34,854 bases of DNA from a bacterium (GCA_963596755.1 CAVBNJ010000001.1:1-34854), one strand, 5' to 3'. Positions 9,861-18,319 are shown, counted from the first letter of the stretch. The notes: generated by a model not told the origin, from the sequence alone. Numbers and translations: made by a program.

Positions 9861-10370
9861 ATGGATATGAAATTTATTTTACCGACAACTGAAAATCGTG
9901 AGGATGTGCAGGAGTATTACCGTGAAATTGAGCGTGTGGGCAGTGAGAGTATTGGTCTTTGGAATTATCAGGACTATGACCGCTGGCTCATCGGAATGCA
10001 GAACCGCCATACGGGGGAAAATCTGCCGGAAGGGTTTGTGCGGGAAGATTTTTATCTGTGTTATGAAGGCAAAAAAATGATAGGGGTATTCAGCCTGAAA
10101 TTTGAGCTGACAAAGTATCTTCTGGATTTCGGGGGTCACATCGGATATGCGGTCCGCCCATCAGAAAGAAAACGGGGACTGGCAACACAGATCTTAAAAC
10201 AGGGCCTGGAAATTGCAAAAGAAGCCGGATTCGAACGGATCTTGTGTGTCTGCGATGAAGATAACTATGGTTCCGAAAAGGTGATTCTGAAAAACGGCGG
10301 CATACTGGAAAATGAGATGTACGATCCAGAAGAAAAAGTTATGGTAAAACGGTATTGGATTGAGTTGTGA
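9861..10370 (+). CDS. GNAT family N-acetyltransferase
   Basis: GGHIGYAVRPSERKRGLAT (motif A), N.GSEKVILKNGG. Confidence 0.9.
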   Translation: MDMKFILPTTENREDVQEYYREIERVGSESIGLWNYQDYDRWLIGMQNRHTGENLPEGFVREDFYLCYEGKKMIGVFSLKFELTKYLLDFGGHIGYAVRPSERKRGLATQILKQGLEIAKEAGFERILCVCDEDNYGSEKVILKNGGILENEMYDPEEKVMVKRYWIEL

Positions 10371-10402
10371 TTTTCAGAGGCGCCGCCAAAGGGAGGGTGT
10401 GT

Positions 10403-10864
10403 ATGGAGAAAAGAGTTAAGGTATTTACAAAAATGATATTTCTGATAGTTTTGATCTGCATATGCCTCACAGGCTGTGGAAAAGTGACAGCAGTTACGCT
10501 TCCGTTTGAGGCATCTGATGTTGCAAGGATCGAAATGTACCGCTTCGTTGTGCCGGCAAGCGCAGAAAAGAAAGAGATCACAGAACCGGAAGAAATTGCC
10601 GATGTGTATTCTACATTTTCAAACTTAAAAGTAACCGACAAAGAAACCGAGCCGCTTACAGGAAGCACAGTCACAAGCTTTCGCTTCTCCCTTTTGGACG
10701 GAACAAACTACGAGATCATTTACAACGCCGGGGGCGTCAAGTCCGGCAGAGTGCAGTTGGGGGAGGAAACGAAGGATTACTTTACATCTGCAGATATCGG
10801 AAGTTTGTGGGAGAACTGCTCGCAGGAAGCCGTAAAAGTGGATGAGTCAGAACTGCCCGCATAA
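10403..10864 (+). CDS. Lipoprotein of unknown function
   Basis: GGGAGG RBS, ATG at 10403, signal peptide with lipobox LTGC. Confidence 0.75.
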   Translation: MEKRVKVFTKMIFLIVLICICLTGCGKVTAVTLPFEASDVARIEMYRFVVPASAEKKEITEPEEIADVYSTFSNLKVTDKETEPLTGSTVTSFRFSLLDGTNYEIIYNAGGVKSGRVQLGEETKDYFTSADIGSLWENCSQEAVKVDESELPA

Positions 10865-10916
10865 AATAAATCAGCCGTCCGTTTTGGAAGAGGTTCCATC
10901 GGGCGGCTGATTTATT
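10865..10916. terminator. Bidirectional terminator
   Basis: AATAAATCAGCCGTCCG...CGGGCGGCTGATTTATT. Confidence 0.8.
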
Positions 10917-11870
10917 TTATGCAGTTACAAGTTTATTTTCTTTAATAATTACTTTTATTTGGCTTTCCGACAATTCTGCTATATCAGCAATTTGAGCGAT
11001 AGTATAGCCTTTTTGAAACATGCGAAGAATCATGCTTTGCTGACCTGTCCGAAATCCATCTTTCAGTGCCCTTTCGCGAATCCCTTCACCTAAATTACAC
11101 ATAACATTCACATCCTCTCTGATTGTCTGGTCTAATGGGATATTGTATTCTGTTTCCATAATATCGAGTTTCTGGGTCAGTGTCAACTCGTTGGAAAATA
11201 ATGCGCAAAGAAGTCTGTGCAGTTCAAATTTCTCCTCCTGCGGAGGGAGATCAGCAAGTCCGATCAGAACAATATTAAGCAGATCAAGGCGCCCTTTCCA
11301 GGGATAGGAGTGAATCAACCCTTCGTTGGTCAGATGAATATAGTCCATACTGTTCTTGCTCATATTCATACATACCCAAATAGAATAAACTCGTTTGATC
11401 TGATTAAAATCCGATCCGGTAAAATCCCGTTCTTTCTGAGAAGAAATCATTCTGCAGGTGTAGAAAACCGCTCGGTTTAAAATATGATATTCCGTAGGTT
11501 CTTCTTTTTGTGCTTCAACGTTGATGATAATCTGCGATAAACCGTCTTTTAAGCGAACATAAAAGATAATATCAAAACGAATCAGCCCCTCATTCAGTTC
11601 TTGGTTTTCAGAATTGAAGCCGACGATGCGCTGCCCATCTTTTTCTTCAGCTCTATTCGTAAGTCCGGGATCTACAGGAACTGTACTGATGTAAGGTTCC
11701 CCTTCAATACAGGAAACAATATCTTCCGCACGCATTCCCTGAAATTCTTTTACCGTATGAACCAGGATATGAGCTAAAATCATTTTCTGACCGAGCAGAC
11801 GCTTGGCACTCGCATCATATTGTGCCGTTTTGTCCGTTGCATAAATCATATTTTTCATTTCTGTATACAA
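10917..11870 (-). CDS. Rpn family recombination-promoting nuclease / PD-(D/E)XK transposase-like protein
   Basis: YD..AK.LL N-terminus, IRFDIIF...IINVEAQ catalytic motif, RAVFY, C-terminal IAQIADIAELS HTH-like tail; start TTG 11870 or ATG 11858. Confidence 0.8.
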   Translation of the reverse strand: MYTEMKNMIYATDKTAQYDASAKRLLGQKMILAHILVHTVKEFQGMRAEDIVSCIEGEPYISTVPVDPGLTNRAEEKDGQRIVGFNSENQELNEGLIRFDIIFYVRLKDGLSQIIINVEAQKEEPTEYHILNRAVFYTCRMISSQKERDFTGSDFNQIKRVYSIWVCMNMSKNSMDYIHLTNEGLIHSYPWKGRLDLLNIVLIGLADLPPQEEKFELHRLLCALFSNELTLTQKLDIMETEYNIPLDQTIREDVNVMCNLGEGIRERALKDGFRTGQQSMILRMFQKGYTIAQIADIAELSESQIKVIIKENKLVTA

Positions 11871-11880
11871 CAAAAATACC

Positions 11881-11990
11881 CTCTTTCTTTTCTGCTGCAT
11901 CTCAGAAATGTTTTTGTACGGGTATTATAGCGCAAAGACTATTTTAAAACAATTGGGAATTTGTTCTAAAGATTTTTAGCTTTTTTCTAC
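11881..11990 (-). repeat. Promoter/leader block, copy 2
   Basis: TTGTTT-17-TATAAT on the minus strand plus shared ATTTGTTCTAAAGAT and TTTTTTCTAC blocks. Confidence 0.75.
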
Positions 11991-12123
11991 ATCACTTTTT
12001 GAAAGATTTTCTGCTCACTTTGCACATGTAAAATTTTAAATCACAAAAATGATATATATTTAATTTAATGATAAAATCAATGCTTGCAGTCAACTCTCAC
12101 CTGTGCTATAGTTACCGCTGTAA

Positions 12124-12186
12124 GGGAATGAAGTTCTCCCGAAGTAGAAATACTTAAACCGCTTAATAAAAGCTGATGACTTCTGC
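12124..12186 (+). ncRNA. Fluoride (crcB-class) riboswitch
   Basis: GGGAATGAAGTTCTCCC...AAACCGC...GCTGATGACTTCT matches the remembered consensus. Overlapping terminator 12169-12217. Promoter TTGCAG-17-TATAGT with extended TG at 12084-12112. Confidence 0.92.
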
Positions 12187-12241
12187 GATAAAAAACGCAG
12201 GGGGCATCAGCTTTTTCTGCGTCTATTAAGGAGGAAAACAT

Positions 12242-13420
12242 ATGTTACTGAGTGTTGCACTGATTCTGCTGGTTGGTATGTCCATGGGATGGATCTGCCA
12301 GAAAGTGAAGCTGCCAAGTCTCCTTGGTATGCTGCTGACGGGAATGGTTCTGGGGCCGTATGTGCTGGATCTGATTGATGCGAGTATTCTTGGAATTTCG
12401 GCGGATCTGCGAAAGATTGCGCTGATTATTATCCTGACGAGAGCAGGCCTTGGATTGGATCTTTCGGCTTTGAAAAAGATCGGAAGACCCGCCGTCATGA
12501 TGTGTTTCGTTCCGGCATCGTTTGAACTGCTGGGGATGATTCTGCTGGCACCGCGTTTTATGGGAATGAGCGTGCTGGAAGCTGCTGTTTTAGGTTCTGT
12601 TCTGGCAGCCGTTTCTCCGGCGGTCGTTGTTCCAAGAATGGTAAAACTGATGGATGAGGGATACGGAACGAAAGAGGGCATTCCGCAGCTTATCCTCGCG
12701 GGAGCATCCGTGGATGATGTTTATGTGATCGTTCTGTTTTCAACCTTTGTCGGCATGCTGCAGGGCGAGGGTGCGTCTGTGCTCCGGTTTGTGAACATCC
12801 CTGTTTCGATTCTGCTCGGCATTCTGATCGGAGCGGCAATTGGTGTTCTGCTTGCTGTATTTTTCCAGAAAGTCCATATCCGCGATACGACAAAAGTTCT
12901 GATTATTTTAAGCATTTCCCTGCTGCTTGTCACAGCCGAGGATGCCCTCACAACGCCGATCACATTCTCTGCGCTGATCGCAATTATGTTTATCGGCATC
13001 GGTCTGCAGAGAAAACGGGAAGTCGTGGCGAAACGTCTGGCGGTCAAATACAGTAAGCTCTGGGTAGCTGCCGAGGTATTTCTGTTCGTACTTGTCGGTG
13101 CGACCGTCAATGTAGACTATCTTGGAAAAGTTGGGGTGAAAGTGCTCATTGTCATCATCGGCGCACTTGTATTCCGCATGCTCGGCGTAGCCGTCTGCCT
13201 GATCGGAACCAGCTTAAAGAAAAAAGAACGCCTTTTCACCATGATGGCCTACACCCCAAAAGCCACCGTCCAGGCCGCCATCGGCGGAATCCCGCTGTCG
13301 CTCGGCCTTGCCTGCGGCGATACTGTGTTGACAGCTGCCGTTCTCGCAATCGTGCTGACTGCACCGCTTGGAGCATTTGCGATTGATTTGACGTATAAAA
13401 AGCTGCTGACAAAAGAATAA
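12242..13420 (+). CDS. Cation:proton antiporter (CPA family)
   Basis: AVSPAVVVP, GASVDD, PKATVQAAIG motifs; many TM helices. Confidence 0.9.
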   Translation: MLLSVALILLVGMSMGWICQKVKLPSLLGMLLTGMVLGPYVLDLIDASILGISADLRKIALIIILTRAGLGLDLSALKKIGRPAVMMCFVPASFELLGMILLAPRFMGMSVLEAAVLGSVLAAVSPAVVVPRMVKLMDEGYGTKEGIPQLILAGASVDDVYVIVLFSTFVGMLQGEGASVLRFVNIPVSILLGILIGAAIGVLLAVFFQKVHIRDTTKVLIILSISLLLVTAEDALTTPITFSALIAIMFIGIGLQRKREVVAKRLAVKYSKLWVAAEVFLFVLVGATVNVDYLGKVGVKVLIVIIGALVFRMLGVAVCLIGTSLKKKERLFTMMAYTPKATVQAAIGGIPLSLGLACGDTVLTAAVLAIVLTAPLGAFAIDLTYKKLLTKE

Positions 13421-13444
13421 AGACCAGTACGTTTCTATACAGAG

Positions 13445-13471
13445 CAGGAGGCCGTGAATTGCGGCCTCCTG
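13445..13471. terminator. Hairpin terminator between the antiporter and the ACGX operon end
   Basis: CAGGAGGCCG-loop-CGGCCTCCTG. Confidence 0.7.
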
Positions 13472-13486
13472 TTTGAGTTTAAGAAT

Positions 13487-14011
13487 TTATTTTTTCAGAA
13501 CCTTCACAATTTCCCCAACATACATTTCATGAAAATCCCGTTCCGGATAATTGAAATCAATCAGTCCGCGGTCCACATATCCATTTTCGAGGAGCGGTGC
13601 ATGATAGAGCTTTCGGCAGATCAGAACGAGATCGGCTTCTGCAAAATAGGTGGTGCCGTCGGAAAAAACAGGAGTCAGTTCGGCGGAAGCAATTTTGTCC
13701 TCGCTTCTGCCGGAATGCGTACCAAGATAGGCGAGTGCTTTCTTATGACCATTTCCGAAATGGGTCAAGGAAAAGTAAGATTCCTGATCCATGAAAGTTT
13801 TCGTATACCGGCTGGGGCGGACATAGCAGATGGCAGTCGGAAGGCAGTTCTGATGTGTACCGCGTTCCCAGACAGAACCAAGGTGTCCCCAGGCAACGGT
13901 CATGGAATTAAATCCATGTTCCTCTGTTCCGGCAGTCAGGGCGAGCCAGTCCTTTCCAAACAAGGTAAATGGATTCAGCTGCAGTGTCTTTATATCAATT
14001 TCTTTGAACAT
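13487..14011 (-). CDS. Flavin reductase-like (flavoredoxin, split-barrel FMN-binding) protein
   Basis: NSMTVAWG, VRPSRYT, GTHSGRSEDK, HEMYVGEI. Confidence 0.88.
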   Translation of the reverse strand: MFKEIDIKTLQLNPFTLFGKDWLALTAGTEEHGFNSMTVAWGHLGSVWERGTHQNCLPTAICYVRPSRYTKTFMDQESYFSLTHFGNGHKKALAYLGTHSGRSEDKIASAELTPVFSDGTTYFAEADLVLICRKLYHAPLLENGYVDRGLIDFNYPERDFHEMYVGEIVKVLKK

Positions 14012-14042
14012 TCTGTATCCTTTCTATCATCGCAAAGGAGAT

Positions 14043-14636
14043 TTAAAATCGAATTACGCGTTTCTCTTTTCTTGGTTTTGCCGCAGGGTGGCGATCTTCT
14101 TTTTTGGGGTATCCAAGGAGCAGCTGCAGCACCGCATAATATCCGTCCGGGATCTCCCATTTGCGGAGGATTTCCTGGCCATACGGATCTGCAAATGCCG
14201 TCCAGCCCTGGCCGATGTAGCAGGAACCGATGCCGATGGAGTCGGCGAGGAGCATCATGTTTTCGGCAGCGACGGCGCAGTCATCAACGGAGAAGAGAAA
14301 ATTGCGCGGGGCAAACAGGGTGATGACGGTCGGCGCGTCATAGAATGCATTGATCAGTTTTGGATCATCCGCGATGCTTGGCTGTTCCTTGGAGACAAAA
14401 TTGGTTCCGGTCGCCATGCGTGGGTTGGAATTGGCGCGCTTGATTTTTCCGAGTTTTTCATTCGCTTCCCGATCCTGGCACACTGCAAAAATCACGCCCT
14501 GCCGTCCGCCGGCACTCGGCGCATACATGCCCGCCTGTAAAATCTGTTCCAGTTCTTCTTCGGTAATTTGCGCCGGATCAAACCGCCGGATTGCGCGCCG
14601 GTGCATAATGGCTTTCATCACTTCATTTTCTTTCAT
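14043..14636 (-). CDS. Nitroreductase family protein
   Basis: RRAIRRF, APSAGGRQ, AAENMML.A...GIGSCYIG; ATG directly abuts the radical SAM stop codon. Confidence 0.92.
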   Translation of the reverse strand: MKENEVMKAIMHRRAIRRFDPAQITEEELEQILQAGMYAPSAGGRQGVIFAVCQDREANEKLGKIKRANSNPRMATGTNFVSKEQPSIADDPKLINAFYDAPTVITLFAPRNFLFSVDDCAVAAENMMLLADSIGIGSCYIGQGWTAFADPYGQEILRKWEIPDGYYAVLQLLLGYPKKEDRHPAAKPRKEKRVIRF

Positions 14637-15671
14637 TTAAACGACCTCCTTCCAGCACTGTGGATCTGCTGCATAAAAATTTCCGTCCTTTCCACTTGCA
14701 ACCGCCGGGCATCCGCGGCAGAACGCCAGCAGTTCGCATCGGGAACATTTCTCAAACTTCGTGTAATCCCGATACGTTTCCATCTGACCAATCCAGACAT
14801 CCGCAATCCGATCTGTAAAAACATTTGCCACATGACTGTTCTGCACGCGGCGGCAGGCGTAGAGATCACCGTTCGGAAGAATCGTCAGATGACAGTTTCC
14901 GCAGTTGCAGCCGCCGTAAATCATGCCCTCTTTGGCATAGGACGGAATCTGAAACGCGCCGGTTTCGTATTCGTAGAGCGTCCACAGATGATCTTTTTTA
15001 TTGAAATACGTTTTGCATCCCATCGCTTCGTATTCCTTAAATTTCCGGTCGCAGTCCGCCAGCAGTTTCCGGTAGTGGAGCGGCTCGATGTTCGTGTCTT
15101 TTTCCTCGCTGGTCGGACAGTAGCGGGCAAATGCGTACACATTGACACCGGCTTTTACAACCGCATCAATGATGTCAGGAACTTCGTCAATGTTCGTACC
15201 GGAAACGGTTGTCATCACAACGGAGCGGATACCGGCGCGATTGATACAGCCGATTTTCTCGAGCGTGATATCAAAACTACCCGGCTTTCGGAACCAGTCG
15301 TGTGTTTCGCGCATACCGTCAATTGAAAGTTGGTATTTTTCGCATCCGCACTCCTTCAGCCGCCGACAGACCTCATCCGAAAGATGAAAGGGATTGCCGA
15401 GAATCGTAAAGGCGATGTGATGCGCCTGGAACAGCGCGAGCAGTTTCCAGAAGTCCGGGTGCAGAATCGGGTCGCCGCCGGTTAGATAAAAATACGGCGT
15501 GCGGTGATAGACCTCACAGAAATCAAGACAGTTGTAAAACGTATCCTGCATCTGATCCCAGGTCATGGAATCGAGGTGTTTGCAGTTGTCTTCGGAAAAA
15601 ATATAGCAGTGCTTGCATCGCTGGTCACAGTCGTCGGTGATGTGCCATTGGAAAGAAAAATACGGATTCAT
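14637..15671 (-). CDS. acgM: Radical SAM/SPASM peptide maturase, ACGX system
   Basis: CDQRCKHC, TGGDP, SIDG; SPASM cysteines CNCGNC...YAC...CSRC...CRGC...DPQC; AAAGGAG RBS; directly downstream of the ACGX peptide. Confidence 0.92.
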   Translation of the reverse strand: MNPYFSFQWHITDDCDQRCKHCYIFSEDNCKHLDSMTWDQMQDTFYNCLDFCEVYHRTPYFYLTGGDPILHPDFWKLLALFQAHHIAFTILGNPFHLSDEVCRRLKECGCEKYQLSIDGMRETHDWFRKPGSFDITLEKIGCINRAGIRSVVMTTVSGTNIDEVPDIIDAVVKAGVNVYAFARYCPTSEEKDTNIEPLHYRKLLADCDRKFKEYEAMGCKTYFNKKDHLWTLYEYETGAFQIPSYAKEGMIYGGCNCGNCHLTILPNGDLYACRRVQNSHVANVFTDRIADVWIGQMETYRDYTKFEKCSRCELLAFCRGCPAVASGKDGNFYAADPQCWKEVV

Positions 15672-15752
15672 AGATAAGTCTCCTTTATCAGATTTTGTCA
15701 GAGTCCAGGGCGCATTTTTCAAAACGGACCATGGGAGAAAATGTCCGTTCTG

Positions 15753-15797
15753 AAAAATACACCCCGGTGTATGGATAACACATTTGCAGGGTGTATT
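15753..15797 (-). terminator. Hairpin between precursor and maturase (leaky terminator or stabiliser)
   Basis: AATACACCC...GGGTGTATT followed by Ts on the minus strand. Confidence 0.55.
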
Positions 15798-15808
15798 CCG
15801 GTGCAGAC

Positions 15809-16003
15809 TTATTTGTCGCCGGCACCACAGGCAGAACCGCAGGCTGCCGGTTTTTCTTCCGGTTTGTCGGAAGTACCGCAGGCAGAACCACAGGCCGCCG
15901 GAGTTTCAGCTGGTTTATCGCCAGCACCGCACGCAGAGCCGCAGGCTGCCGCCGGTTTTTCTGTTGCCATTTTCGTCCATCCAAATAAATTCGCAAGTGC
16001 CAT
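15809..16003 (-). CDS. acgA: ACGX-repeat RiPP precursor peptide (64 aa, three core repeats)
   Basis: MALANLFGWTK leader then 3x ACGSACG(AG/TS)DK; GGAGGT RBS; 51-bp DNA period (15831/15882/15933). Confidence 0.92.
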   Translation of the reverse strand: MALANLFGWTKMATEKPAAACGSACGAGDKPAETPAACGSACGTSDKPEEKPAACGSACGAGDK

Positions 16004-16059
16004 GATGTTTTACCTCCATTTGAGTTTTTTGGGTGAATCAGTTCCCTGTTCACGCCCTT

Positions 16060-16147
16060 ATTGTATCGGGGAGAAGGGCAGAAAAAAAGTACGCACAAAT
16101 CTATTACCTAGTCATAAAAAAATAACCCGGGTTATAAAAAGGTGACT
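16060..16147. promoter_or_regulatory. acgA promoter and three 5-6-5 operator boxes, probably bound by HxlR
   Basis: Minus-strand TACAAT at 16060-65; CGCAC-N6-ATTAC (16092), GTCAT-N6-ATAAC (16111), GTTAT-N6-GTGAC (16131). Confidence 0.7.
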
Positions 16148-16220
16148 TATTGTAAGAAAAGCATGTTTGCATTATAATAGAATGTAACATCATATTTTGA
16201 ACGATTGGGAGGAATTACGT

Positions 16221-16547
16221 ATGATCACAAAAGAAGAAATGCCGGCATGCCCGGTGGCGACGACCGTCTCTTTGATCGGAAGCAAATGGAAACTTCTGAT
16301 CATCCGAAACCTGCTCGTGCGTCCGTGGCGTTTTAATGAACTGAAAAAAGATCTGGAAGGCATCAGCCAGAAGGTGCTGACGGACAGCCTCCGTTCGATG
16401 GAAGCCGACGGAATCATCACAAGAACCGTATACCCGGAGGTGCCGCCGCGCGTCGAATATGCTTTAAGCGAACTCGGCGAATCCATGCGGCCGATTATCA
16501 AGTCGATGGAAGAGTGGGGGATTTCATATAAAGAAATGCATGAATGA
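16221..16547 (+). CDS. HxlR/DUF24-family winged-helix regulator with N-terminal Cys
   Basis: ACPVATTVSLIGSKWK, RFNEL, YPEVPPRVEYALS; GGGAGG RBS. Confidence 0.93.
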   Translation: MITKEEMPACPVATTVSLIGSKWKLLIIRNLLVRPWRFNELKKDLEGISQKVLTDSLRSMEADGIITRTVYPEVPPRVEYALSELGESMRPIIKSMEEWGISYKEMHE

Positions 16548-16548
16548 G

Positions 16549-16580
16549 AAAAACAGCCCTTTCGAAAGAGGGCTGTTTTT
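16549..16580. terminator. Bidirectional terminator
   Basis: AAAAACAGCCCT-TTCGAAAG-AGGGCTGTTTTT. Confidence 0.85.
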
Positions 16581-16597
16581 AGAATTGCAGATAAAAT

Positions 16598-17320
16598 TTA
16601 AACCTCGCCGAACAGCAGATGTGCCATATGTTTTCCATCCACACCGCCTGCCAGCAGACCTTCGAGGCAGTAATGGCAGTAACAGACAACCGTATCGGTC
16701 TGATATTTTTTACAGTATTCTTTCATAATCTGAACCTGCTCTTCCTCACTGTGCGGAAGGAAAAGCCCATCAATATCATCCCGATAATGCTTTGGTGCCA
16801 GTTTCGGATTCCGCTCGACCTGCGGGCGGTACAGAGAAGTTCCGCAGAAATCCGTCTTTTCACGGTTCATCGGAATTTCCACATATTCAATGTGCATTTT
16901 CGTGAGCAGTGACCGCACCGCATCATGCGTACCACTTCGATCGCGCATCCGCCAGCAGTCCTGCAGCGTCACGCGCATGCCGGAGTAATCCGGGAACACG
17001 AAGCTTTCGTCCTGGTCAATCAGCTCCCAGAGTGAATGAACGGCACGCACATGGCGCCATTCCTCAGAGATATTCATACAGTTGGGACAGAGCGACCAGA
17101 TCTCATCCTCCGGCGTAAACACATGACTCTGCGGCAGCGCCCGCCAGGAATCGGCAAGTTCGCCGCACGGCATCTTTTCTTCATAAATATCTTTTTTCCA
17201 TCCCGGCACGCAGCAGCGGACAACCGACATTCCGTCAAGGGAGGCGGCATAGTCCTGAATCTTTTTGCTGAGTTCCGGATACTTTGCGGTGAAGACACAG
17301 CCCGCGATATAATAATTCAT
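16598..17320 (-). CDS. Stand-alone cysteine-rich (CCG-like) Fe-S-binding protein
   Basis: GC...RCC...CPNC and DC...FCG...CYCHYC patterns as in HdrB/GlpC-type CCG domains. Confidence 0.7.
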   Translation of the reverse strand: MNYYIAGCVFTAKYPELSKKIQDYAASLDGMSVVRCCVPGWKKDIYEEKMPCGELADSWRALPQSHVFTPEDEIWSLCPNCMNISEEWRHVRAVHSLWELIDQDESFVFPDYSGMRVTLQDCWRMRDRSGTHDAVRSLLTKMHIEYVEIPMNREKTDFCGTSLYRPQVERNPKLAPKHYRDDIDGLFLPHSEEEQVQIMKEYCKKYQTDTVVCYCHYCLEGLLAGGVDGKHMAHLLFGEV

Positions 17321-17443
17321 AAGAGAGGCCTCCTTTACATTTCATCTGGTTATGATTATACTGATTTTAATGGAAATATCCTATTAAAATATCAGTAAAA
17401 ACTATAAAGATATTTTCAAATCACAGGCAGGAGCGGACAGAAC

Positions 17444-18319
17444 ATGGAATATATTAACTCAAAAAATGTAAACGAAGATTCAGACTTTCCCTATCTTGTG
17501 CTGCATCGGAAGAATGAAACATCCCTGCCGCTCACACCGGGTTTTCAGACGTATCACTGGCATGAGGATCTGCAGTTTGTTTATGTGATGACAGGAAAAG
17601 TCTGCGTGAGAACGCTGGAAAGAACGGAGCTGCTGTCGGCGGGCGAGGGAGTTTTTATCAACAAAAATGTAGTACACCGGGAGGACCGGACAGGAGAATG
17701 TGAGTACAAATGCTTTATTTTTCCGGAACGTCTCGTGTCTTTTTATCCCGGAAGTCCTGTTATGCGCATGACACAGAGAATTACCGGAAATCATGGCATG
17801 CCGCTGGTCCGGCTTTCCGGGGAAACGGACTGGGGGAAAGAAGCATTGAAAATTCTGGAAGAGCTTGTGCAGATAGAGCAGAATAAAACAGAATTTTACT
17901 GCTGTGAGGTGCTGATCAGGATTTCGATGCTCTGGACGATCCTGCTGAAAAATCTGGAAATACCGGATGCCGCTCCGGAGACAAAAGAGGCGGTTCGGAT
18001 GCGGAAAATGCTGGGATTTATCGAAGCTCATTATGCGGAGGAACTGTCGCTGGAAATGCTGTCCGAAAGTGCAGGAATCAGCAATTCCGAAGCGATCCGC
18101 TGTTTTAAGAAAATGATGCAGACAACGCCGTACCGTTATCTGATAGACGTCCGGCTGGCGAAAGCGGAAAATCTGTTGAAGGAGACAGCGTTGCCGATCA
18201 GCGAAATTGCATTCCAGACGGGATTTAATCAGCAGGCCTATTTTGGAAAATGCTTCCGGGAGAAGATGAACTGTTCCCCGCGGGAATATCGGACAAAAAA
18301 CGGTGCTCAAAAGGCATAA
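17444..18319 (+). CDS. AraC-family regulator with N-terminal cupin
   Basis: HWHEDLQF; ISEIAFQTGF...YFGKCFREKMNCSPREYR. Confidence 0.93.
   Translation: MEYINSKNVNEDSDFPYLVLHRKNETSLPLTPGFQTYHWHEDLQFVYVMTGKVCVRTLERTELLSAGEGVFINKNVVHREDRTGECEYKCFIFPERLVSFYPGSPVMRMTQRITGNHGMPLVRLSGETDWGKEALKILEELVQIEQNKTEFYCCEVLIRISMLWTILLKNLEIPDAAPETKEAVRMRKMLGFIEAHYAEELSLEMLSESAGISNSEAIRCFKKMMQTTPYRYLIDVRLAKAENLLKETALPISEIAFQTGFNQQAYFGKCFREKMNCSPREYRTKNGAQKA

Noticed and set aside
10917..11870. Rpn gene as an IS transposase
   Set aside because: No terminal inverted repeats or target duplication seen; the family is not a demonstrated IS transposase
15809..15960. Three 51-bp-period repeats as a possible CRISPR or VNTR
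   Set aside because: They are the coding repeats of the ACGX peptide, vary largely at synonymous sites, and have no unique spacers or cas genes
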